A stretch of 63,242 nt of DNA, filler included, from Octopus bimaculoides (lineage: Eukaryota), in NCBI RefSeq assembly GCF_001194135.2. It is 4 parts of 4 records of this genome, joined end to end, with 100 filler letters (N's around TTAATTAATTAA, not from the genome) between each part and the next. Parts side by side here need not be neighbours in the genome. Positions count along the whole stretch, not along the records: positions 1 to 14,436 come from NC_068983.1; positions 14,537 to 29,964 come from NC_069005.1; 2 more parts are not named here. One strand, written 5' to 3'. The notes under the pieces were generated by a model. The model saw nothing but the letters and a program-made list of their open reading frames with translations. It ran no database searches and had not been told where the DNA came from. The first letter of the stretch is position 1. Each line of letters opens with the position of its first letter. Below, piece after piece: positions 13,445 to 24,399 of the stretch. A program made the position numbers and the translations under genes.

Positions 13445-14099
13445 TATAGAGAACCCATTTCTCATCACCAATCACTCCTTTGGCCCAAAAAAGGTTCATT
13501 TGAGAGACGTGACAGCAAAGAAGAGCACACATTCACTCTCTGCGTGAGATTAGACTCGAAAAGTTTGTGAGGAACCCACTGACCCAATTTTCTGACTTTT
13601 TCAATGGCACACAGGTGCCAATGAATGGTTGAATGACCAAATCCAAGCCTCTCTGCTACTTCCTTAACAGCTATGATGAGATTTTGTTCCACCAGAGTTT
13701 ACAGTACATCCTTGTGAAGCTCTACAGATCTTTCAGGTTGAGGCTTGTCTTGTAGGCTGTAGTTTCTGGCTTAGAATTTCTGAAACCACCATTGTTACTG
13801 GTTTTTGCTTATTGTTCAATCCCCATTAATATTCCTCACACTTTCTGTTGTGTTTTTACCTTTATTGAACTCATAAAGCAAAACATACTGAACATACTCC
13901 TTTGTTACTTCCATTATAGCTTTGAAAAAGTAACTGTTAAATCAAACTGCCTTCTTGAAAACTGGCACTGTGAATAAGTATAAGGTAAAATTGCTACCTG
14001 CTTTTACAGTAAGTTGATGCAGGTAGTTTATCCTGTCCCCCTCTGACTTTTAGTTTATGCAATTGAAAAGAACCGTATTATTTATGGGATGACCCAATA
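13445..14099 (-). mobile_element. Mariner 5' fragment with terminal inverted repeat
   Basis: EVAERLGFGHSTIHWHL..I.KVRKLGQWVPHKL.E.NL.QRVNVCSSLL (WVPHEL motif). End sequence reads TATTGGGTCATCCCATAAATAA on the minus strand, a mariner-type TIR. Confidence 0.88.
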
Positions 14100-14120
14100 T
14101 ACATATATATATATATATAT

Positions 14121-14310
14121 GGGAGAGTATACAAATAATAACAACAGACGAGGACAGGTGGTGTAAATAACAAAAGTATATATTAGTATGACGCTCGGGA
14201 ATGCGGAAAGTCTTTGATGTTTCGAGCTACGCTCTTCAACAGAAAGAATACGGAGACAAGGAGAAAAACACGGAGAAAAAAAATTGAATAGTGTTCAGTC
14301 AACGATACAT
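14121..14310 (-). mobile_element. Penelope-type terminal repeat fragment with degenerate hammerhead-like motif
   Basis: Minus strand tcttt-CTGTTGA-A-GAGC-gta-GCTC-GAAA-CATC-aaaga; homologous to 15365-15570. Confidence 0.55.
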
Positions 14311-14436
14311 ATCTTTTACTCTTTTACTTGTTTCAGTCATTTGACTGTGGCCATGCTGGAGCACCGCCTTTAGTCGAACAAATCGACCCCAGGACTTATT
14401 CTTTGTACGCCTAGTACTTATTCTATCGGTCTCTTT

Positions 14437-14536
14437 NNNNNNNNNNNNNNNNNNNNNNNNNNNNNNNNNNNNNNNNNNNNTTAATTAATTAANNNNNNNN
14501 NNNNNNNNNNNNNNNNNNNNNNNNNNNNNNNNNNNN
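14437..14536. other. Artificial assembly spacer 44N-TTAATTAATTAA-44N
   Basis: Identical 100-bp layout at 14437, 29965 and 53076; the 12-mer has stops in all six frames. Confidence 0.92.
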
Positions 14537-14583
<47 letters not shown>

Positions 14584-14721
14584 AATAAGAAAATGGAGAG
14601 GATACAAAATGACATATATCATCCGGTAGACATTCCGGTATGTCCGTTTATTTATTCCGAAGCATTAGAAAGTATTAAAAAAAATATACACATGTATTAA
14701 CTATGTGTTACACACACAGGT

Positions 14722-15097
14722 CTCTTTTACTTGTTTCAGTCATTTGACTGCGGCCATGCTGGAGCACCGCCTTTAGTCGGGCAAATCGACCCCCAGGCCT
14801 TATTCTTTGTAAGCCTAGTACTTATTCTATCGGTCTCTTTTACCGAACAGCTAAGTTACAGAGATGTAAATACACTAATGTCGGTTGTCAAGCGATGTTG
14901 GGGGGACAAACAGACATACAAACATATACATATATGATGGGCTTCTTCCAATTTCCGTCTACCAAATCCACTCACAAGGCTTTGGTCGGCCTGAAGCTAT
15001 AGTAGAAGACACTTGCCCAAGGTGCCATGCTGTGGGACTGAACCTGGGACCATGTGGTTGGTAAGCAAGCTACTTACCACACAGCCACTCCTGTGCC
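14722..15097 (-). mobile_element. SINE family C, near full length. Partial copies at 12861-13013, 14315-14436, 19500-19655, 21590-21730, 29804-29964, 40875-41054, 41958-42146
   Basis: Head (minus strand) ggagtggctgtgtggtaagtagc, body and 3' module ending ..gactgaaacaagtaaaaga in one piece. Confidence 0.8.
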
Positions 15098-15364
15098 TGT
15101 ATTAATATTACAGAAAAGAGCAAAAGATCAGTTCCTTACGGCCGTTTCTGCCAAGAGGTAACAAAATCCTCCATGCCATCTTCATCTCTTCAGTGTTCTG
15201 TAGGGATGGGCAGATAAGAGTCTGGATGATGAGTGTGCTTCTAGGCTTCTTCAGAGGGTATGAATAATTGGGTAGACTACCAGCAGTATATTGGATAGGC
15301 ACTATACCTTAGTTGGTTGGTTTCCCAATCTCTAACTCTCACAGAAATATATATACATATATAT

Positions 15365-15570
15365 ATGGGGAGAATGCACAAAAAAAAACAAGACAAAGAC
15401 AGGTGGCGTAGACAACAAACAGATGTATTAGTTTAACACTCGAGAAGTGAAAAAGTCTTTAACGTTTCGAGCCAACGCTCTTCCACAGAAAGGAACACAG
15501 AAAGAAACAAGGAGAGAAAATAAAGAATGTGTAGTGGCTAGCGATCTATCATGGTGAATGCCGGACAGAA
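15365..15570 (-). mobile_element. Second copy of the same Penelope-type terminal repeat
   Basis: Minus strand cttt-CTGTGGA-A-GAGC-gttg-GCTC-GAAA-CGTT-aaag; flanks align with 14121-14310. Confidence 0.55.
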
Positions 15571-16592
15571 GGGTCACACAGGAGAGCTAGGAAGAAGAAG
15601 AGATAATAAACAAAGGTGCGCGTGCATGTGTATAAGAGAGTATGTATGTGTGTGTGGAAGAGGGCTGGTGACCTTGACGTGTACATCTGTGTATGTGTAG
15701 GTGTGAAGATGTGGGGCTGGAAAGTGGCCAGTGCTAGTGTGTGCGTGGTGGTGTGATGTGATGTGTTGTGTGGTGTGGTGGTGTATGGTGTAGTGGTGTT
15801 AGGATGTGGGGAAAGCAAGATTGGGGTTTGGGTTAGGCTGAGGGTGGGGGTATATGGGAGTGGGTGTAAGGGATAGGGGTGGGGATGGGATGGATAGGGA
15901 AGGTAGGGTTGGATTGTGTAAGGGTGGGGTTACAAGGAAAGGGGTGACGATGAAGGAGAGGGGGAAGGGAGAAGGTGGGTAGGAGGGAAGAGAAGAGAGG
16001 AGAGTAGGAGTGAAGTAGGAGTCAGAGCAAGAGAGGAGAGGTGGGTGGGAGAAAGTAGGTGTGAGAGGGAGAGAGAGGATGCTGGATGTGTTGGGTTCAT
16101 AATCCTATGTACAGAGGTTCATATACTTATTTTCCCTGGTTATGTTCGTACTGATGAGTGGAGACCATGGCAATACATAGTGACCATGAACTCATTAATC
16201 ATATACAACTAAACCCTTTTTTTACTGAAGGAATTTCTCCTACTTTTCATTCCTTCGAAGTCGGCACGAGTGTGTACTTATTGAAGGAGTTTGACTTTAG
16301 GGTCCCATTAAAAGCATGTGGCTTTTATGGACAGTAATAGTGGTGCTGGTGGCACGGAAAAGCACCATCCAAACGTAGTCGATGCCGGCCCCATCTGGCC
16401 CCTGTGCTGGTGGCATGTAAAAAGCACCTACTACACTTTCGGAGTGGTTGGCGTTAGGAAGGGCATCCANNNNNNNNNNNNNNNNNNNNNNNNNNNNNNN
16501 NNNNNNNNNNNNNNNNNNNNNNNNNNNNNNNNNNNNNNNNNNNNNNNNNNNNNNNNNNNNNNNNNNNNNNNNNNNNNNNNNNNNNNNNNNNN

Positions 16593-16627
<35 letters not shown>

Positions 16628-17358
16628 TTGTCATCACCGTTCAATGTCCATCTTTCATGCATGCATGGCTAGGATGGTTGACAGGAGCCAGCCAGTTAGA
16701 AAAACAACCTTATGCTTCTGTCTGTTTTGGTAGGGTTTTTTACAGCTGGATGCTCTTCCATCAAAGTATGTACTACGGGGCCAGCTTTGTATAGGGAACC
16801 CTCGGGGATGTTTTGAGATGTGTTTTGGAGGAAAGAGTGCATCTTAAACACCATCAAATACTTTATGCATGTACGTGTGCTACTTGGTTGGCAGTTGCTT
16901 GCTCTTGAACAACAAGAGTTAAGTACCCTGATCAGAAAGCTAAAGAATTCCCTAAATTTGTTTTAGAACAGGTGCAGACGTAGTTGTATGGTTAAGAAGC
17001 TTGCTACCCTGAAATTGTAGTTTTAGGTTCAGTCCTAACGAAGAAAATATATATTGATAACAACGAAAGACTTCGGTGGAGAATTCTTCATTACAGTCTG
17101 ATGCAGAAAGCAGTTTATTTACGAAGCATTGCTTGAAATTTGTACACATTTAAAATTACTTTTTGTCAATTTTTAGAGTTTCATACGTTTTTAAATAAAT
17201 TCATACACTTTTTATTTATTTTCTAATCCCCCTGGGGGTAAAGTGGCTGAGTTCTTTTCGAGTGTTGGGATGTAAGTGATGATGATGATGACGACGATGA
17301 TGATGACAACAATAAATAAAAAGAGATCCATTATGAAATTAAAGAATAATACAGTTAC

Positions 17359-17648
17359 CTGGAACATTTGTATTTCATTCTGAATTAAACTCTGTGCACG
17401 GTTCACTGGCTCTGAACATCGGTCGATGCAGCGGTGCACNNNNNNNNNNNNNNNNNNNNNNNNNNNNNNNNNNNNNNNNNNNNNNNNNNNNNNNNNNNNN
17501 NNNNNNNNNNNNNNNNNNNNNNNNNNNNNNNNNNNNNNNTCTGTGCACGGTTCACTGGCTCTGAACATCGGTCGATGCAGCGGTGCACATCTTCCATATT
17601 TGAATTGACGTTATCACAGCAACTGGCACCACATCGGTACATATCACC
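17359..17648 (-). CDS. FAM136A: FAM136A exon 2 (true length probably 141 nt; interrupted by a 100-N gap with a 49-bp artefactual duplication)
   Basis: Acceptor tttcctctgcag, donor gtaact. Removing the duplicate 17391-17439 (= 17540-17588) and the gap gives GDMYRCGASCCDNVNSNMEDVHRCIDRCSEPVNRAQSLIQNEIQMFQ, with the FAM136A cysteine pattern (RC.ASCC.D....M..VH.CI.RC..P...AQ). Confidence 0.93.
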
Positions 17649-17769
17649 CTGCAGAGGAAACCACGAGAAGGAAAAAGGTCTTTAGAGACTTAGACATGAA
17701 CAGGAAATGGTCAAGTCTTATAAAGAAGCATTGAAAATATTAATCAGAGCAATAGTGTAGTAACGAATG

Positions 17770-17943
17770 TTTGCCAACATAACATGGTAGTCCTGGTTGA
17801 GGATGAATGTTGCTGTAATTTAGCCCAGGGAGACAATATAAGGACACAGATTGTGTCGTATAGCCAGCTGGAGACGATGTCTCCTGGGGCTAAATTACAG
17901 CAACATTCGTCCTAAACCAGGACTGCCATGTTATGTTGGCAAA
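17770..17943. repeat. MITE-like inverted repeat (66-bp arms)
   Basis: tttgccaacataacatgg...agcccagggagaca (17770-17835) pairs with 17878-17943 with a few mismatches. Confidence 0.85.
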
Positions 17944-18177
17944 ACAATCTTTATTACAAAGTACTGTTGCTGAATATCTCACATTGAGAGGTTTAAAAAT
18001 AGTAATTTCCAGAGCAATAGTGTTCTGATAACTGGAACCAACCAATTTTTGTGAGACATTTCTTTAAATCTTCAGCATTCAGATAATGTTGATTTCTCTG
18101 TCAAATGTAATGCTTATTCATTCACGCTGTTTCCAATTAATCAAGCATTATTTCATAGCTTTCACATTTCAATAATG

Positions 18178-18483
18178 TCATCATCATTTAACATCCGCTT
18201 TCCATACTGGCATGGGTTGGATGGTTTGACTGGAACTGGTAAACTGGAGGGGGCTGCACAAGGTTCCACTCTGATTTGGCATGGTTTCTACAGCCGGGTG
18301 CCATTCCTAATGCCAACCACTCCAAGAGTGTAATGAGTGCTTTTTATGTGCCACTGGCACAGGTGCCATTTACATGACACTGGCATAGGCCACGACTATG
18401 GTTTCACTTGGCTTGACCGGTCTTCTCAAGCACAGCACATCACCAAAGGTCTCGGTCACTTGTCATTGCCTTCGTGAGGCTTA
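18178..18483 (-). mobile_element. 5'-truncated copy of the same (GAT)n-tailed LINE family
   Basis: Shares ORF2 end (gtgaccgagacctttgg..gctgtgcttgagaagacc) and 3' UTR with 20918-21577. Confidence 0.7.
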
Positions 18484-19820
18484 CCATTTGTAGATCATGC
18501 TACTGGCAATGGTCAGGATTTCAGATTTCGATAATGTAATTGTTTATCTTTAAAATGACATTGTCGGGTAGGCGTGAGAGGCCAGATCTGGCTGGTCTGA
18601 ATATAAAGCAGGTTGAATATTTGGAGTAGACATGGCCAGTTTAAATGCTAAAGGTTTAAACTGCATATGCAATGTCTTCTTTGTATTTTGATTGGACGAA
18701 AAATGGCTTTGCTATTTGGGCGTAAACATGGTGAAGTCGTTAAGACATTTGCTGTGAAACTACATGGTTTCAAGTTCAATCCCATTGCATGGCACCTTGT
18801 GCAAGAGATTTCTACTATAGCCCTGAGCTATCCAATGCCTTGTGAGTAGATTGGTAGATGGAAATTATAAATATATGTGTACAAATGTGTGTGTGTGTGT
18901 ATGTATGTGTATCTTAGTTTTGACGTCCTGCAATAGCAGTAAAATGACTGTCACAATAATACGAGCAGGCCCATTTGTTTTCACGATTCCACTTCCATGA
19001 AAAACATGTCGGACCTTGGGGAAATATTTACGTTGCTTGGAAACAGGTGAAGGTTGGTGACAGGAAGGGCATCCAGCCCCCAAAAAATCTACCTCAATAA
19101 ATTCTGTCTGACCCGTACAAGCATCAAAAAAAAAAAAAGAGACATTAAAACGAAGACAATGGTGACAATAATGCTGATGAATCAATTAGAGGATGGGTTG
19201 AAGTATATCAACGAATATAATTGTACAAATTAAAAAAACTATCCCTATCTCTTGCGTACCTACCATAAGCTTTATCTAATCAATCAACCTCATTGTTTAA
19301 TTCTTTCATCTGTTTCCTTCCTAAGTATTAGTACTATTATGGAAGGTCAGATAGGAGAATCGTTGGCACACAAGAGACAAACTTGCAGGCCTCACACCAA
19401 AATCTAAAACCATTATCAATAAATGAATATTACTTCTTACTATTAATAGTGCCTCTGTCACCAAAATCTATTTTTAATGAGCTCACTGGCTAATCGCTAC
19501 ACCAGTGCCTGTTCTGGCACTGTTTCCACATATTGGAGGCTTTGGTTGGCCCGGGGACCCTATATAGTAGAAGATATTTGCCCAAGATGTTGTACAACAA
19601 GACTGAACCTGGAACCATGTGGTTGAGAAGCAAACTTCTTACCACACAGCCACAACTGAATAAAATACTGACCCCACGACCCCACCCCATGGTACTTTGA
19701 ATTGCTCAGAACTCCCACCATTCTCTACGTTGCATACTTTTGTCAGCAAAAGTACTCCACTTTTAAAAGCGGTAAATTAAACTCAAACGAGATAATAATC
19801 AACAGCCAGCCATCTAGATA

Positions 19821-20250
19821 TGGCCCTCACCCATTTCTGATTTTTTATCACATCTAACTCGTTCCTGTGACCTTCCACAAAACGTTTTTTTTTTTTTCTT
19901 ATCTAATCTACTTTTTCTCAGAATTGCAATTCTCTGAAACTTCCATTCATGCTTCCTCTTCAGCAGGAACAAAACAATAAACCAATGTTGGTCTTGCAAA
20001 TCCACTTCTGGTTAAAATCACAAAAGCTATGAACAGCTTTCTTTTTTTGTGATTTTAACCAGAAGTGGATTTGCAAGACCAACATTGGTTTATTGTTTTG
20101 TTCCTGCTGAAGAGGAAGCATGAATGGAAGTTTCAGAGAATTGCAATTCTGAGAAAAAGTAGATTAGATAAGAAAAAAAAAAAAACGTTTTGTAGAAGGT
20201 CACAGGAATGAGTTAGATGTGATAAAAAAATCAGAAATGGGTGAGGGCCA
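19821..20250. repeat. Near-perfect inverted repeat (205/206-bp arms, 19-nt spacer)
   Basis: 19821-20025 is the reverse complement of 20045-20250; I found two substitutions and one 1-bp indel. Confidence 0.95.
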
Positions 20251-20602
20251 ATATTTCTGCTAAGTGGTTGGTGTTAGGAAGGGCATCCATCTGTAAAAAT
20301 CTGGCCAAAACATTCACATAAGTCTGGTACAGGCCTTCCCTACTAGCCTGGGTGTCAAACCACCCCACCAACGCTAGTATGGAAGGCGGACGTTAAATAA
20401 TGACGATGATGATATATATGTGTGTGCGTGTGTGTGTATATAGAATGTAAATAAGCAACAAGGATGCACAGCTATGAATACATTATGGCTGTTACTCATT
20501 TACATTCTGTTCACCTAACTTGGAGCTGTGCAGACTATACCGGACTGGCAAGGTGCCTCAATTCAAGGAGCTAATTCAACTAAATCTTAATTATATTATA
20601 TA

Positions 20603-20749
20603 GGTGTGGTAAGTAGCTTGTTTAACAACCACATAGTTCCAGGTTCACTCCCGCTGCGTGGTACCTTGGGCAAGAGTCTTCTACTATAGCCTTGGGCTGG
20701 CCAAAGCCTTGTGAGTGGATTTGGTAGACGGAAACTGAAAGAAGCCAGT

Positions 20750-20804
<55 letters not shown>

Positions 20805-20893
20805 ATGTGAGTGTGTGTGTGTTTGTCCCCTCCACCATTGCTTGACAACTGATGCTGGTGTGTTTATGTCCCCGTAACTTAGCGGTTTGGCTA
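20603..20893 (+). mobile_element. SINE family C with internal (TA)n(TG)n microsatellite
   Basis: tRNA-like head, ccttgggcaag..ctactatagcc body, (TA)n(TG)n, then the tttgtcccc..gcttgacaac..ccccgtaacttagcgg 3' module. Confidence 0.78.
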
Positions 20894-20917
20894 ATACATA
20901 TATAATATATATATATA

Positions 20918-21577
20918 TCATCATCATCATCGTTTAACGTCTGCTTTCCATGCTGGCATGGGTTGGACGATTTAACTGAAGACTGGTGAGCCAGATGGCT
21001 GCACCAGGCTCCAATCTGACCTGGCAGAGTTTCTATAGCTGAATGCCCTTCCTAACGCCAACCACTCCAAGAGTGTGGTGGGTGCTTTTACATGCCACTG
21101 GCACTAGGGTCAGTCAGGTGGTACTAGCAACGGCCACACTCAAATGGTGGTTTTTACGTGCCACCTGCACAGGAGCCAGTCCAGCGGCACAGGCAATGAC
21201 CTCGCTCCAATATTTTTTCACATGCCACCGGTACGCTGGTAACGATCACGCTGAAATGGGGCTTTTTACATGCCACCGGCATGGGAGCCAGTCAGCTGCC
21301 CTGGCAATGATCACGCACAGATGGTGCCCTTAGCGCTCCACTAGCATCGATGCCAGTCATGCGGTGCTGTCATCGAATCTGATTTCGATATCACTTGCCT
21401 CAACGGGTCTTCGCAAGCAGAGTTTAGTGTTCAATGAAGGAAAGGTACGCATAAGTGGGCTGGTTACACCCCTGGCATAGGCCACGGGTTATGGTTTCAC
21501 TTGGTTTGCCAGGTCTTCTCAAGCACAGCATATTTCCAAATGTCTCGGTCACTAGTCATTACCTCGGTGAGGCCTAA
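20918..21577 (-). mobile_element. 5'-truncated LINE, probably RTE clade: ORF2 C-terminus plus 3' UTR and (GAT)n tail
   Basis: LGLTEVMTSDRDIWKYAVLEKTWQTK* followed by a UTR containing ggaagggcattcagc and ending gacgttaaacgatgatgatga; (TA)n on both sides. Confidence 0.7.
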
Positions 21578-21778
21578 TATATATATATTCCATCTACCAA
21601 ATCCACTCACAGGCTTTGGTTTGCCTGAGGCTATAGTAGAAGAAACTTGTCCAAGGTGCCATGCAGTGGGACTGAACCCAGAGTCATGTGGTTGGGAAGC
21701 ATTCTTTTTAACCACGCAGCCACTCCTGCACCTATAATATATACATATACATACATTTATACACACACACACACACAC

Positions 21779-21861
<83 letters not shown>

Positions 21862-22088
21862 AAATATTTAATCATATGCATTGGCACACACGAAACTCTT
21901 GGTCCTTGAGTCACTCTGTAGCTTCTGCGAAATATTAATACATAAATAAATACACATAGACTCATATTTTGACATCTCTTTTTCCTGTTTGCATGACCAA
22001 ACCCATATAATCACACACACATGTATAATGTACACACACACATATATATATGTATACATGCATATATGTCATATATATGTATACATAC

Positions 22089-22137
<49 letters not shown>

Positions 22138-22196
22138 AGCATATGTCATATATACATATATGTGTGTATACATACATGCATGTATGTATACATACT

Positions 22197-22727
22197 ACAA
22201 GAGATCCTCAACATACAATGGGAAGATCATGTTACCAACAATGAGGTTCTTGGCCGTGACTCACTGCCAAGTGCCAAAGCCACCTTTCTTCGCCTTCGTC
22301 TCTGCTGGTCATGTCCAGCGTATGGAGCCCTCTTGTCTCCCAAGGATCATGCTCTACGGAGAACATGCAATTGGAATAAGACCCAGAGGAGGTCCAAGAC
22401 CAGCTCAAACAAACCTTGACTCAAGCTAACATCCAGCCATACTCATGGGAACAGATTGCCATGGATAAGGACAGCCTGGAGGACTGCTGTCCACAATGGA
22501 GCCAAATCCTTCAATCAGAACAGACAATAGAATGAGGAGGTAAGATGCAGAAGAAGAAAGGAGCATCTTCTTTAACATCCTCGGCCTGCACTGACCATCC
22601 CGTGCTGCCCACAACTCTTTCACCACCGACTGGGACTCCAAAGTCACACACATTCATCACAAATATCAGCTGAGAAGACTGGATAGAAACTGACAAACCC
22701 AACACTCGGATACGAGCTGGAGCCAAC

Positions 22728-22728
<1 letters not shown>
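22197..22728 (+). mobile_element. RTE-clade LINE ORF2 C-terminal fragment (second family)
   Basis: [16 protein letters not shown]..., RLR..GHVQRME...LPRIMLYGE...G.RPRGGP; frameshifted. Confidence 0.8.
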
Positions 22729-22775
<47 letters not shown>

Positions 22776-22790
22776 ATATAGATAGATATA

Positions 22791-22830
<40 letters not shown>

Positions 22831-24315
22831 TGTATTAATGTTTGTTTTTATGTCGAGTTACAATAAAAACAGTTTTACATTAAACTGGAGGTGTACTCAA
22901 TACTTTTAGACTACATATTTAGAGTATGTTGAGAGGATTGCCTCAATGCACACTCGTGTGTGTGTGTATGTATGTATAAAGAAAAAGGAGGTAGTCGGAA
23001 TTCTGGATAACCTCTTAATTAGCGATTAGCGCTTCCGTCTCATTCATAGAGACTCCTCGGGTATTTCATAGCCTTTTGTACAAATCTGAAGAGGATGTTT
23101 TATTCGGTTTTTGTGTAATCTGTATGTATGAGTACAAAGAAAAAGAGAAAGAAAAGAGGAAAGAAGGGAGGAGAAAAAGAAAGAGAGGAAGAGAGAAAGA
23201 AGGGGGAAAGGGCCTTTCATTATATACAGGTATGGTGATGCAAACAGGGAAAATGCCATATTAGCATTTTAATTGCGACAGTTTAAATACTTTCTTAGCG
23301 AACGCATCCTTATATAACTAATTATTGACAGAATCGGTCGTACGGCCGGTAGTAAGTTTTCGAGTTCAGATCACATCTAAGTCGATGGTTCCCCCCCCCC
23401 CTGGGGTTGATAATTACTTACGAGTTGGTAAGTACCAGTTTAACACTGGATGGGGTCGATATAATCGAGTAGCCCCCTCCCCACAAGTTTCAGGTGTTGT
23501 GCCTATAGTAGAAAGGATAATTACGGGCTGTGCCCTTGTTAAGAATCCCTATATTTAATTATTGATCCCGGACTAGGTTGACTTAATTTTCCCTTCCCGA
23601 GTGTGTGTCGGGGTTTGACAATAATTTACGACCACCAGTAACCTACGTTAAAAATTCAATATTAATTAATGTCTGATCCCGCCGGCGTCGTTGACCTTGT
23701 CTTTCACTCCTTCGTAGGGGTCAATATCATCCATGTACCGAATCGACAACACCTTCTTCCCACAAAATGCGAGGCCTTATGTCAGTGTGAGATTAATCAA
23801 TATTATCGATATTTACACTTTTAACAAACGACTTTAATTATTTACAAGTCAATAAATACGAAGACAGTAATTAACAAAACAAGGTATAATTGTATCTGAA
23901 CTGCGAGAAATCCCATCATCTCATTATACATGCATGTTTCTTTATCACATTAAATTCTGATGTAATCGTCATCTACACCACCAAACAGGTATTTATAGAG
24001 AATTCCATTACAAAATACTCATTTTACCGAAAGTTATGAGGAAATAAATTTGGCGGTGGCCGGTTATAATTACGGGCATTCTTTCGCTATATATATAAAT
24101 ATATATACATTCAACCAACCGAACGAACCATCTACAAATTCTATAATTATTTATAAATCACAAGAAAATCTATATTAAAAGAATGGTTTAAATTCCAAAT
24201 CCCTTCCTCCAAGACTATATATAATTCCTTTCATTTCGTCTCTATATATTTCATTTATTCATTCACTGTTTCGATTTTCGCATTTATATTACAAATCCAT
24301 AAATAACAACAATAC

Positions 24316-24399
24316 CTGCATCTTTCTAAGGCATTCTTGATCTAATTGTGTGATCATAGAATTAACAGCATTTTGAACACGTGCCTGGATATCTTCCAT
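24316..24399 (-). CDS. FAM136A: FAM136A exon 1 (coding part, 28 codons)
   Basis: Minus strand ATG at 24399 gives MEDIQARVQNAVNSMITQLDQECLRKMQ then a GT donor (gtattg), phase 0. Resembles the FAM136A N-terminus (..RVQEAV..M...L.RE..RKMQ) and joins exon 2 in frame. Confidence 0.92.

Noticed and set aside
14481-14492. TTAATTAATTAA recurring three times
   Set aside because: Always centred between exactly 44 N on each side; an assembly linker, not a biological motif.
16952-17149. Cys-containing minus-strand ORF just downstream of FAM136A exon 2 as exon 3
   Set aside because: No FAM136A C-terminal motifs in any frame and no suitable acceptor.
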